Notes: generated by a model not told the origin, from the letters alone. A stretch of DNA of 54,533 nucleotides, filler included, from Sphacelaria rigidula (GCA_964200075.2; 4 parts of 4 records of this genome joined end to end with filler, not necessarily neighbours in it), one strand, 5' to 3'; counted from the first letter of the whole stretch, positions 1-12,267 are shown. Numbers and translations: made by a program.

Positions 1-91
1 CCCCCCCCCCTCCGGCCCCGTCTCGAAAGGGATGCGCGGCCAACGGTCAAACGACTAAGGCAAGCAACAAATGAGTACGCCCCCCCCCCCC
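1..91 (+). mobile_element. Extreme 3' end of a non-LTR retrotransposon (LINE), flanked by C-runs
   Basis: Positions 19-91 are the near-exact reverse complement of ~52044-52116, which ends a LINE-like C-terminal ORF. This copy reads PSRKGCAANGQTTKASNK* and is followed by poly(C). Confidence 0.65.
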
Positions 92-345
92 AGTTCGTCT
101 CCACCTGCCGATACGCCCACTTCAAAGCATCCATGACTGTACATGGCGTTTTCTATGTCGAAAGGCGAGTCTCGGTTTCTGCTTGGTAAAGTCGTTTTGC
201 AGGGATATGCTATGTTGTATAGTGGCGGGGTATCGAGGAGAAGTGATGATTTCGAGGAGTGGGTAGCTGATACCGGTGCTTCCCACCACACTACAGGGAG
301 TGTGGATGACATATTTGATGCGTGAGTTCCCCCTCGTGGTAACGA

Positions 346-943
346 CACAGGTGGACACTTTGCTACACCTTGTGGACACCTTGCGAAAGTCAGCCTCATG
401 TATACGTTGCGGCGAGAGCAAAGTATCCAACACGTGAGTGTTGTGGGGTTCGCATGGTTCGATCTGTGCACGGCGGGTCATATATATCTTGGGTGATGGT
501 CTAACCTATAATATACTAGATTGCTGGGATGCCAATAGTCAAACTCTGGAGGTAAATTCACACCCTGGAGAGTGTTTCCCCCACAAATTCACCCAGAGGC
601 ACCCTCAGTGAGATATGTGCTCAAGGGAATATTGTTTCTACCTGTTTAACCGTGTATGCAGCCATTGTTTGATATCAATTAAAAGCACATAAGGACATTC
701 CAGGACAGCTACGAATCAGGGGTGGATCGATGGTCAGTGCGTCATCCTCTCGATCACAAAAGCACAAGATCATTACCCACCTCTGATATACTTTAAACCG
801 TTCTTTTTTCGCCAGCACCGCACAGGTGGACACTTTGCTACACCTTGTGAACACCTTGCGAAGGTTTAACACCTTCAACAATGTGCACGATTGCGAAGGT
901 CGGCCTCATGTACCTTGCGGCGAGAGCAAAGTGTCCACCTGTG
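346..943. mobile_element. Non-autonomous DNA transposon with 19-bp TIRs (CACAGGTGGACACTTTGCT) and 2-bp GA target duplication, inserted in the Copia protease
   Basis: 346-364 is the perfect reverse complement of 925-943. GA sits at 344-345 and 944-945. Removing the element plus one GA restores the frame GGT AAC GAG AAT ATG ATC CTG GGA GAT GGT. Confidence 0.85.
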
Positions 944-1287
944 GAGAATATGATCCTGGGAGATGGTACTATACTCCCAGTAAAAGCGGTCGGTAGCCTC
1001 AACCTAAGATTTAACATGGGACTGACTGACGGGGCTGAACCCACCAGCTTTTGAGTCCATCTCACGAACGTGTATGTGCTTGCTGGTATTAAAGTCAACG
1101 TGTTTTTCTTTACATCAGACACGAAAATAAACGAAAACTGCTTTGACTAAAGCAGGTGTATCGTTGTTTCAAGGGAAACTACGGTTCGACCGTAATTCGC
1201 GTTCATCATCTCAATTCGCGAAATGTTTGCCGCCCACATCTCGTCATGCTCCGATTGCCGTCCCTGCCATGGGAGAAGATGCGCTGC

Positions 1288-2062
1288 ATGCCTTTACTGA
1301 GACTGTGCCTTCGCGTGCTATTGTCGGCGCACCCCCTGGCAATGTAGATTCGCCGCATGCCCCTACTGAGACTGTGTCTTCGCGTGATACTGTCGGCGCA
1401 CCCCCGGGCAACGTAGATTTGTGTGCCCCTACTGAGACTGTGTCTTGGCATCCTTCTGTCGGCGCAACCCCGACTAGTGAAGCTCCGCTGCGTGCTATTG
1501 TCTTCGTGTGCTTCTGTCGGCGCACCCCCGACTAGTGCAGCTCCTCCGCGTGCCCCTACTGAGACTGTGTCTTCGCGTTCTACTGCGCAACCCCGACTAG
1601 GGCAGTTCCACCGCGTGCCCCTACTGAGGCTGTGTCTTCGCGTGCCACTATCGGCGCACCCGCGGGCAATGTAGATTCGCCGCACGCCCCTACTGAGACT
1701 GTGTCTTCGCGTGCTACTGTCGGCGCACCCCCGGGCAATGTAGATTCGTGTGCCCCAACTAAGACTGTGTCTTGGCATTCTTCTGTCGGCGCAACCACGA
1801 CTAGTGAAGCTTCGCCGCGTGCTCCTACTGAGACTCTGTCTTCGTGTGCTTCCGTCGGCGCACCCCCGACTAGTGTAGCTCCTCCGCGTGCCCCTACTGA
1901 GACTGTGTCTTCGCGTTCTATTGCCGGCGCAACCCCGACTAGGGCAGTTCCGCCGTGTGCCCCTACTGAGACTGTCTTCGCGTGCTTCTGTAGGCGCACC
2001 ACCTACTAAGGTGGCTTCGCCGCGTGCAACTATCGAAACTGTGTCTTCGCGTTCTACTGTCG
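1288..2062 (+). repeat. Tandem array of about 12 units of 60-69 bp inside Copia pol, with a 327-bp higher-order repeat
   Basis: Recurrent ACTGAGACTGTGTCTTCGCGTG...GTCGGCGCACCCC. Units at 1296/1365/1431 recur at 1623/1692/1758. Translates to (xAPTETVSSRxxVGAPP...)n. Confidence 0.95.
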
Positions 2063-2289
2063 ACGCATCCAGTAGGTTTCCCGCAGGATTGATTGCAGTT
2101 CCAGGTTTGGACTTACCTTACCTAAACCTTTTTTCACATTCATCGTCCAAGGAGCATAATATTGCTAAAGGTAGTCCCCTGGCGTTCTTCCCTCGAGTTC
2201 TACACACTCAGGAGTTAAGGGAGGAGGAGATTTTGGATTCGGCGCTTGCCGTTTTAGATCCCGGTCGTCGACCATCAACTGTCGGTAAA

Positions 2290-2811
2290 CCCCAACAAAC
2301 TGAGGACATTAATCACTTCCACCTTTCCTCCTCCCATGCTCATGAGACCATTTGTCGAGAAAACGCTGCCCAACAGGGCATAAATCTCACAGGACAGTTG
2401 GCGCCCTGCGCAGGATGCATGGAGGCTAAAGGGCGACGCGCAGCGATCCCACTTTCAAGTACTCGGTCGACTACGGTCCTCGGCATCGTACACCTGAACC
2501 TCACGGGACCGCATGTGCGGACACTGGGCGATTCACTATACATGCCCACTTGTGTGAATAGTGAGTCACGTTTCATCATGCCTTACGGTCTGGCGCGCAA
2601 GGCACAAGACTTGGCGAAGGTCAAGGGGTACATGGCCGCCGTCAATCAAATCGGCACTCCTCGGCGTTCCCGCGTCGATAACGGCGGTGAATTTTGTTCG
2701 CAGGATTTCATCGATTTCCGCGACGATGTACGAATTCGCCGCGAGTACACAGCGCCCGATATGCCGAAGCAGAATGCTGTAGCCGAGAGCGCAATCTGGC
2801 GCGTGATGTAG
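2290..2811 (+). pseudogene. Copia integrase core remnant
   Basis: ORF 1888..2811 contains the Zn-binding HH-CC motif and rve-like motifs. The first catalytic Asp appears as Asn (HLNLTGP), and there is a premature stop after SAIWRVM. Confidence 0.85.
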
Positions 2812-3269
2812 GCTGGTCACGCTGCGCGCTGTGAAGCTTTGCGTCTCTTCCCCGCTGAAGCCTACTCTGCCATGCCCGCACTAGGTGGCACCTTTGATCG
2901 GCTCTGGTTGCAGTCTAGGCCGCCAATGGTTTCAGCGGCTCCGCGACGATGAGCAACCCTAGGAAGGTCCCGGCGTACCAGGTTTTCACCAACCTTGCCC
3001 CTCCTCTCCAATTAGTTCCCTTCCCTCAACCTAAGATGATGAGGGACAAACGCCGCTCGAAGGTGGCCCCGCAAGCTGTCACGTGCTACTACCGCAACAA
3101 CGGCTGTAACCATTCATCGTCAACCGTGGAGGTCATCAAAGCCGGAAACGGATCCGTTTGTCACACCAACAACGTGGTCTGGATAGTGCCTCGTCTACCA
3201 CTCCGACCACCAGCGCCGCTCGACGGAAGGGTAAGGTAAAACGCTACCGGTAACACCGACGCTTCCGCA

Positions 3270-3910
3270 GCCGCCGCCGCCGCCGCCGACAACCCGACGC
3301 CACTGCAACACCACGCCGTTCCACAACCTCGATCACATGCCGCCGCCGTCACACCACATTGCCCCACAACCACGATTACATGCCGCCGCCGCCGCCACCT
3401 CGCCGCCGCCGCCACACCACACTGTACCACAACCGCGACCACATTCCGCCGCCGCCGCCACCTCGCCGCCGCCGTCACACCACACTGTTCCACAACCGCG
3501 ACCACATTCCGCCGCCGCCATCAACTCGCCGCCGCCGTCTCACCATACCCTTCCACCATCGCGATCACAACATTTCATGCAACCGCGACCACATCATCCC
3601 GCCTCCGGCGCCGCCGCCCAAAACTCGCCGTCGCCGACACACCCGACTGTTCCACCGTCGCAACCTTATTATCTCGTCTCGCCGCAGCCATAACATACTG
3701 CTCCGCCGCGACAATATTATCAACCTTACTATCCTGTACCGCCGCAACCCTTTCATACCGTTCCGCGGCGACAAAATCATCGACCTTATTATCCCATCCG
3801 TCCGCAACCATATCATACCATTCCGCCGCGCCAACATCACACCGTGATACCACCGCAGCATCATGCTTTCCCACCGCTATCACACCGTACAACCGTGCCG
3901 CTGCCGCCAT
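3270..3910 (+). repeat. Degenerating ~60-bp Pro/His/Ala-rich tandem array in the Copia INT-RT linker
   Basis: Repeated CCGCCGCCGTCACACCACACTGTTCCACAACCGCGACCACATTCCGCCGCC, translating PPPSHHTVPQPRPHSAAAATS. Confidence 0.9.
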
Positions 3911-4589
3911 TTCCGTTCACCGCTGCGGCACGTTATCCACCTCTACCTTCACCGTCGGCACAGCCATCAACAGTCGCCACGTAACACAAGCAAGATCAGC
4001 GCGACACAATACCGATTTAACCACCCACTCCCACAACCGCATTCGCCGCCTCGCCAACCGACTTCATCCCCGATTTTCAACGCTTCTTCCGCACCACCAT
4101 CCATTTCAGAGCCTTCATCATCAGAAACTCACAATTTACAGAACCGTTCTCTATCACCGTTACCCGACAAGGTTGTGAAAGAACTGGACCTGAGTAGTGA
4201 CCCTCGGCAACCGTGGAGGACACTATCGGAGACGACCCAACATACAGCCCAGAAGGAGGGGGGGTACAACATCGCGTTCATTCATCACGAGAGGGGTCTT
4301 TTTACGTAGCTCGACAAACCATGCACCAATCCGCCCACCTCATGCAGTCTGCAATAGACGCTGGGAGGAAGCGGCAGCGTGACGGGACAGGGGGGCGCAC
4401 GGGTTTGCAATATCGGACTGCAACAATGTTGGCGACACGGGAGGACATCAACATAGCTATGAACGAGGAGCGTCCCCGGCATGAACAACCTAAACTTCCT
4501 CATCGCTCAGTGAAGGAGTTGAAACCCCCAAGGACATATGCTGAAGTAACACTTCCGGAACAGGGAGTAGTATGGGTGGACTCTATGAC

Positions 4590-5180
4590 GCGAGAGTTTC
4601 AAGGCCTGAGGGAAGCGGGAACCTGGATGCGGTACTATAGCAATCAGATGAGAAAAGTTATTCCTGCGAAGTGGGTTTTCAACTGAAAGGGTGATGAGTT
4701 TGGGTGGCCAATGAAAGCAAAATCAAGGCTGGTCGCAAGGGGGGACCGACAACGGGCAGGAATTGATTTTGATTAATCATGTGCACCTACAGTAGCGGTT
4801 TCGAGTGTACGGTTGCTGACAGCTCTTGCTCGTGAGCAAGACCTTTCATTGCACTATTTTGATGTCGAGCAAGCTTTTGTGCAGTGCGTACTGGACGAAG
4901 ATGTTCATGTGTCATTGCCTCGTGGGTGTGGTAATTTACCTCGTAAGATAGTGAGACTTAACAAATCTCTTGGCGGACTCCGTCAGGCTTCGAGACAACA
5001 GTATCTTCATTGAGCAGGATTCCTGAAGAATCCAGGTTTTGATCAGTGTTTGGCAGATTCATGTGTGTTCTGACTGATGGAGAACAATCAGGTAGTGATC
5101 ACATTGGTGGTACATGTAGACGATATTTTTGCTGTAGGAGGGATGAGGAAAGGTGTGATGGATTTGGTATTCAGGTGAAC
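4590..5180 (+). pseudogene. Copia reverse transcriptase (RVT_2-type) remnant, truncated shortly after the catalytic DD
   Basis: KVIPAKWVFN*KGDEFGWPMKAKSRLVARG...LHYFDVEQAFVQ...RLNKSLGGLRQASR...LVVHVDDIFAVG, with in-frame stops. Confidence 0.9.
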
Positions 5181-5929
5181 ACAACGGTTCCAATCAAGAA
5201 TCTACAGTAGTTAGCTTCTGCAGTATCCATTTTGTTATTTTCTTGGGCTCTAATCGTTTATCACCGCTTCTCACATTGTGGATCTGAAGATATTCATATC
5301 CGCTCCACATTCCAAGGAAAAACAATCATCACTACTCAACATTGAGTGACTTACGGGCTGGCCGGTCTTCGGGGGTCCTGCCATTTTTGAGTCCGGATTT
5401 TGATTCTTTGGTATTTACGATCGATTGAGCCTATTCCGATCGTACTTGTGAAGAAGCTGAAATGATTTTTTCTAAGTTCTACCTACTCATTGCACTAGAG
5501 CCGAAAACCTGTGTTTCACTGTCAATAACACCCTCCTGATAAACGGGGTAGCTACTCGTATCGACTGATGACACCAAGTACCATACACAATTTTGGGAGC
5601 AAAAAACGTCCTTTTTTCACCCCAAAATCGGGGCATAAGAGTGCTGTCGCACATACCCTTCGGGGGAATGAAAGGCTATAAATCCCCCGGAATAGTTCTA
5701 GGGAGGTCGGGAGGGGTGAGGTGGTCCATATGAAAGTCATATGTCGTGAATTTAGGTCAGGGAAAGCACGGCTTGAGTTGAGCCTCCTTATTTTCTTCAA
5801 CCCCATTTTCGAGAATCCGCTGTTACTCCCGGGTCAACAGAACTCTCTTTCGGAACGTTTTTTTTTGTTCCGCCGCGCTGGCGCGCAGCGCGCAGAGCCG
5901 TTGTCTTTTTCAAGGGTTAGGGGGAAAGT

Positions 5930-6487
5930 GGGTTCCACCGCAGCAGACTGCGCCCGCTTTCACGACCCCAACTTTGAAGCCCCGGTCAAACGCCTGCCCA
6001 TCTGATGGTGGGACACGTCCGCCGCTGGGAGTGCCTCTCAGGGGCAGAAACGCAAGAATTTCAACGTTTCGGAGAGAGAACAGCTGATTCGCCATCGTAT
6101 CGCCGGCAGCGAGGACGGGGTTCTGCGGCACGGTGCGTTTCAGCAAGCCGCGGTTGAGTACGGGTGCCACTGGGAGACGATTAAGAGAGTGTGAGCGAAG
6201 CACCAGAAGCGGGAGGAAGAGGGGGACTCCAGTGCGTACGTAGGCAACAACCGCAAGGGCAGCAGCGGCAGAAAAGGCATCGATATTGAGACACTACGTG
6301 CCCGTCTCCGTGACACTCTGCTGAACAAGCGCACCACACAGCGCCGCTTAGGAGTAGAATGGGGTGGTTGTGTACGGAGTAGAACCGGGTGCGTGCGGCG
6401 TAGAGGAACTGACCGAAGAGGAACAGGGAGCGGTGGCGGAAGGGCAAGTGACGGCTATTGCGCAGAAGTTGTTAACTACTGTGTAGA
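5930..6487 (+). mobile_element. Internally deleted plant/oomycete-type mariner-like transposase remnant (N-terminal HTH region only)
   Basis: Frame from 6045 reads KRKNFNVSEREQLIRHRIAGSEDGVLRHGAFQQAAVEYGCHWETIKRV*...NNRKGSSGRKGIDIETLRARLRDTLLNKRTTQRRL, resembling the N-terminus of plant-type mariner transposases. The catalytic domain is absent. Confidence 0.65.
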
Positions 6488-7269
6488 AGGGGCGGCTGTC
6501 ATGTAGAGTTGTTTGCCTGAGGCGTAGAGGGCCAGCTACTGCGTTGAAGGGCGTGCGCAGTACAGGCAGTTGGTGCGGGGCGGGGATGCAGCTGGTTTTC
6601 TATGATGACGCCAACCCGGGGATGAAAATAAGCTTTCCCCTCCCTTTTTGAGAGGGCACTTGTTTTTTTTCCCATCAAATGTGATGTCCAATTCCAGCTC
6701 TTCGGAGTACTCCGGGTTTGTCCCGTCGCTGGGTACAAACACGTCAAATTTTCCGCATTACCCCGATCAGGGGATAGTAACGCACCATCCCCCCCCCCAT
6801 CGACAGGATTTTTTTCTCTCTCTCCAACGTGATATCTGATCGTATGCCAAAGTTGTCCGACGTCCACCGTGCCCAATTGGCACGTTTCTGTCAACACCAT
6901 ACAAACCTTGCACTTATTAACGGAAATTCAAACCTTTCTTGTTTACGGGTCACAGGTAGTATAGAACATATACATTATAGCAAAATTAGTGCAGACACTC
7001 TTTTTTCGGGGGGGGGGTTGCTTAATATAAACAAAAAACGCCTTGCTTATTTATCGACAGAACATATTTGAATGTATAGTTTGGATTGTATCGTAGTAGT
7101 GGTATTTACGAATAGAGTAAGTCGTACCCCTGAAGCTACCCCGAAATACTTCTTGCAACTCTGAAGTGTGCCGTCGTCATAAAAAAGTTACACCCAAGTA
7201 AGCTCAAGTCTCCCAAAAAAATACGCCTGTAAGAATATTTTGTAAACATATACCAGGGTACAAATACAG

Positions 7270-7800
7270 TCGATTCTATCTGCGTACACGCAAAACGACC
7301 CATGACACCCCTACGAAATTCCAATCGCCCCGCATTGTCCCCCCCCAAAACCGCAAGAAACGGCCGCACTTCACCACAAAATATATATTCGATTCTGTAA
7401 GCGTACGCACGAAACGAACTACAACACTTACGATCAATTACAAACGCCTCACTCAGCCCCCCCCAGCCAACCGCAATAACGACCACTCGAAGCCACACTC
7501 AAGACACTTTCTTCCACTCCCCCCCCCAAAAAAACAGCCCAAAAGTGTCCCGAAACAAATGGGCATTCAGCGCCTGATGTTCGGGTTCAGGCTGCACGAA
7601 GCGCCTGACATGGGCGACAACGGCGAGAACGAACCCAAGCGTGGGAATTCCCAGCTGCTCGTTGTGCTCGGCTTTTTCCACTTCGATTTACGTACAGATT
7701 GACACTTTTTTTTTTCGGGGGGGGAGACTATCGTAGAAATTGTCTCAATATAATCGATTCTGTAAGCGTACACACAAAACAACCCGCGATACCCTAACGT
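7270..7800 (+). repeat. Dispersed short direct repeats (TCGATTCTGTAAGCGTACACACAAAAC-like), probably transposon subterminal motifs
   Basis: Copies near 7270, 7389, 7683 (partial) and 7754. A similar motif occurs inverted near 11855-11878. Confidence 0.55.
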
Positions 7801-7849
7801 ATTATTGTCCAGGCAGGGGTCATTGATGACGAGAGTCTGCTGCTCATCG

Positions 7850-10800
7850 GAGGACAGAAGCAGACTCCTCGTGCTCAAGAATCCACAGTTTCCTCCGAAT
7901 CGTACATCCCTTCATGATCACGATCAACGTTCGAAGTACGACATGGACTACCCCCTCCCCCGGGCTTGTACTCCGCCGCGGGAGCTCCTGCATTCGATGC
8001 CCTTCCTTCATTTGCCCCGTCTCCCGGGCCTTCAGCACCTGCGTTGTCAAACAAAACCGCGGCATTATAGTTTTTGCATGAAACTCATCTCCAACACGTT
8101 GCGGTTTGACTGTGTAGTTCTCTACCTGGACTAGTGTAACCACATCCCAACATTATTCCCAACTATGCTGGATTACCATTTCCACGGTATCACTATCGGT
8201 GAGTGCTAGCACCCTTGCCTACCGATTCGCCGTCGTGTCCGCCCCCAGATGGAGTATTCCTCATCGGACCAAATCGCTAGACGCAGAGATGAAAATCATT
8301 TTACCTTTTTCGATATTGTCATCGTCATAGATGTACCGCTGCACGGTTCGTTGCACTAAGTCCGCCGTAACGTGGTCCGGGGCAGCACGGGCGAGCTCCT
8401 TGAAAGGGGCTCCCTCGTCCTGACAAAAGACCAAGTCCCATGCATCCCACAAACTGTTGTCGGGCCACAGAGAGCACAAGGCGGCCGGACGGACGATAAA
8501 GGAGGAAGGCAGTGGCAAGGGTTGATGGAAACATCTGACATCTGTGAAAGGGGCGTTAATAAAGCGAACCGCAAAAAACAAAATAGCCTATCGTGATCAG
8601 TTGGCGTCAATGTAGTCTACCGGAAAACAACAATCGAAACAATATACGCGCACCCTAGCCTCAAATAGTACGCTACATGATATCAACATGCAGCGGTGTC
8701 GTGGGCGTACATAAAGGAGATAAAAAGAAACCTACACGTCTGGCTGACCTCTTGTCCCACTCCTTCTTCTTCTTCTTCACTTCGGCTCGGGAGAGGGGAA
8801 ACTTCCACTCTTCATCGGTTGTCTTTTTTGTGCTAACTTTGCTGGACTCGTGCCAGTCGGCAAAGCATCTCTCCAGCAACGTACACGGAGCGTCGTTAGT
8901 CCCCGGCCTGTTGAACAGTCGGGCTTGCTCCAAGCAAACGATCGCCATGGGGCGTGTCACCTTTTACATTTTGATAGGCACCAGCGTTACGTCAAGGGGG
9001 CTTTTGGACTGGTAGGCAAAGACGGTTACGAAGTGATTCAGCCGTCGTTACCACGTCTTGCTTTTCGATCGACCAGTGGTTCTTGCAATCGACACATGCA
9101 TTCACTTTGCTCAGGCAAACCGTTGTCAACAGAAAGTAGAGTTGACGCGCCCTAACTCACGACTGCTTCAGACTGTGAAGCAGTCGTGCTGAGTGATTCA
9201 CCTTCTCCGCGAATTTACTCGCGAATCCTTGCCCTGCGATCTGGTTGAGGCCCGCCTTGGAGTACGCGCCTGAAGACCAGGCTCGATGTCCCAAAACCCA
9301 CGTCGACAGGATTTCCTCCGAGGCGGCGACCAGTACCTTACATGAATAAGAGTTGAGCATCTGCAGATGTTTCATTCATGTATGACGTGGTGTGATGTGT
9401 GCACAGGCCATTTTCATAGCGGAACTCCCCAGTGGACTGCTCAACGAATGTTTTTTATACCCTATCCGCAACCACTGGGCCACTCTATACAGGAATTAAT
9501 AGCAGCCAGGCGACAATTTGGCCGGTTACGTGTACATACAGCGTATACCGATACACGCACCTCCAGTATGTTCGCGGTCGTATCCGCATCGCTTTTGAAT
9601 TCCAGCATGCAAAGGATGTCATCATAGAAGTTTGCGAACGTGTCGTCTGGCTGCTGCTCGACCGCACATACGACGCGCAGGACGGCAGTCGTAATGCAGC
9701 TTCGGACCCTCCCAAGAAGGGTCGACTTTACACTACTCATGCCGTGTACGATTTGTCCTGGAGTGACGAAAAGAAGGGTGCAAATGGAGTTGAAGGAGGC
9801 GGAAGACACGCCCGGTGTTAGCGAGGTTCGGTTCTGCTCAGGTGTTCTACATATTTTGAACCACGCCGGCGAGGGACGATTTCATGACGACTTCCTTCAA
9901 AACAAGCAAATCATATCGTAATTATCTTGTTGTGATGTCTGACGACTTCCTTCGAAATGAAAAAATCACATCCTATCTTCAACAAGCAAACAAAAAAATG
10001 AAGACTCACTGTCCTCTTCCCTCGGATCGCACAGGTTCCCGTAAAAAATGTAGTGAGACGCCGCATAGACGAACACGTTGTTACCCCGTGTCGACGGTGG
10101 CTTCCCGACGCCCATATTGTACACGTTCTGCGCGTGATCCCCCGTGATCGCGTACGCCAAGACACAGAGCATTTTCTGAGCCGCTCCTATTTCGTATTTT
10201 TGCATTGGTCGCGTAGGACCTCCACCTTCTGTGACATCGATCGTCACTGGGAACTTAGAGTTCGATACCTTATTGCAGACGCGCAACACACGTTTGCCGG
10301 GGTGGAGGCTCAGAGTTGGTTAAAAATATCGAGCAACGGTGTCCGGACGCGTACTTCAAGTAATACATTGGGAAAAAATGGTGGATCACTTACCACGATA
10401 AAACGCACGCTCACGCGTGTACAATATGGGGTGGTAACATCGCGCACAGCGGTGAGCTCACAACAAAGACGTAGCGATACTGCCACGAGTTTCCTAACTT
10501 CTTTGCATACAATCGATGAATCTCATACGTTTGCACATACTTGAAGGCCACTTGCCCCTTCTGCCCCTTCTGCTGATCTCCTCAGGAGTCTTGCGCTCAG
10601 TGTCGAAACCATCTCCAGCACCTCCCTGTCTGACAGGTTGTACTTTTGGACTAGCTTGTCGCAAAGGTCAGGAATGCGCGATTGTCCCCCTTTGGATAGA
10701 ACAGACTGGTCGTGAGAACCCCTCATCTTCTTCGGCGCAGGCCTACGGAGCCGCTTGCACTGGGGTAGCGCACCGGTGTCAGGCTTTGCGCTGGATGTGC

Positions 10801-11030
10801 TTCGTGGCGTCTTGAAGTCGGCGCATGACAGATCTGCAGGAACACCTGACGCCTTTGAAGCAGGCTCCGACGAAGAAGCCCCGCGTAAAGAAGCGGCGTC
10901 ATCACCTACCGAAGTGTCGCTTGAATGACGACGTTGGCTTCTGGAGGGGGATCTCTCGAACGAAGCACGCGGCGCACGTCTCTCGAGGCTCGTGCCGCGG
11001 ACAAGGCTCTGCGTCATGACACACATACGG
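7850..11030 (-). mobile_element. Highly degenerate Mutator-like (MULE) transposase remnant
   Basis: Fragments across frames fall in MULE order. IVAWLL..VVADRV*KTF..GLCTHH (~9400-9520) is like ISDRxKGL/CxxH. FCQDEGAPFKELARAA (~8390-8430) is SWIM-like. EGHRMQELP (~7980-8010) is like a zinc knuckle. Ends are not resolved. Confidence 0.5.
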
Positions 11031-12267
11031 ATAGATTGAAGCGGAATCGACTTTGAACATATTTGCGTTCTTCAAGCACTGAGATGGAAGTTGTTTTTTC
11101 TTAGAGTTCCGTTGTTTTTGTCGACGTAATCTTGTGGCATTATCTCGTGCGATCTATTCGTTCGTGAGCATCTTCAAGTAACCTTTTTTTTATATTGTCA
11201 GCGCCCAACCAGAAAGGTGTAGGGCTCAGTAGTTACACGTTTCGGGGGACTCATCGCTGGTTCGAATCACCAAACCAACGATTCTTCCGGTCTTCTCATG
11301 TTTTCGATCGAAACTGATTTTTTTTGGCTCATATACTTTTTCGCGCGCCACTAATTATAGTTTTGAGTTGAAGCCTTCTAGGAACCGATATGCGGTGGAC
11401 CTATCAGATAGATTAACAAAAAAAGCGATCGCACTTGTTTGATCGAAAAAACAGTTGCAAAAACACGCCATGTTTGCTCGAAAAGAAAAGAAAAATTTGA
11501 CCGTTCGTCGAAAACGGCGCCACGCTATTTGTGCGCCATTCCACGTGCCTGGGCTGGGCGTACCTGGCTTGCAACGCCGAAAACAAAGCTTGAGGATTGA
11601 TTCATGCGGCACGAGTCAGGTACACTACAGTCAAGTCATTTCCAGACAAATGCTCAATTCCTGCGACCACACTAAAAAGGTTGCCTTCTCGAACCAAAAG
11701 TGCGGTGTTATCATACTCGTTTAAATCAGTCAGAACCCGTGCACACACCCTGACCACCTGTTGCTGTCAAGCAGCGGTGGAAAAGGGAGTGAACAACGTT
11801 GCTGCCTGATATTGGCTGGTAAGACCCGTTAAAATCAACAATGTTTTTCAGATATCGTTTTGTTGTGCGTAAATCGTTTCTTGCTACGAGTGCAGAGCAC
11901 AGTAGTCAGCACGATCAGTGCAGCGGTAGTCAGTACAGACGCAATAGTAGTCAGAACGCGCTGTACAACACTCGGTCAAGACAGCACGGAGGCATCAGGT
12001 TTTTGAATTTCGGAATTGAAAAAAGCACGTCGGGTGAGACGCGCGTTGCAGCTCTTAGATCCTGGTATCGTATACTTTTTTCGAAATAATATAGAGTACC
12101 AATATACATACCCCTCCAGAAAAAGGTGATATGTCATAAAAGTTGACATATTCGTAGTCCAGTTCATGTAGCCCACATTTTTCCAGATATCGCTATATTA
12201 TGAATGTGATATACTCGGAGTGTATTATATACAACGGTATATATGTAGTGTATTTGCATTATATATA

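Larger units (their letters stand above)
92..5200 (+). mobile_element. Degenerate Ty1/Copia retrotransposon pol region (PR-INT-RT order); no LTRs or RNase H seen
   Basis: Protease motif WVADTGASHHTTG (~260-300) continues as MILGDGTILPVKAVGSLNL after the 346-943 insertion. Then GAG-pre-integrase-like HxxxxH..CxxC (~2310-2420), integrase VHLNLTGP/RVDNGGEF/YTAPDMPKQNAVAES, and RT AKWVF, KSRLVARG, DVEQAF, LRQASR, VHVDDI. Many stops and frameshifts. Confidence 0.92.

Noticed and set aside
1288-2062. Regularly spaced repeats as a CRISPR-like array
   Set aside because: Whole units are homologous, with no unique spacers. They lie within Copia pol and no cas genes are present.
5910-6337. Minus-strand ORFs as a host gene
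   Set aside because: Better explained as antisense to the plus-strand mariner remnant.
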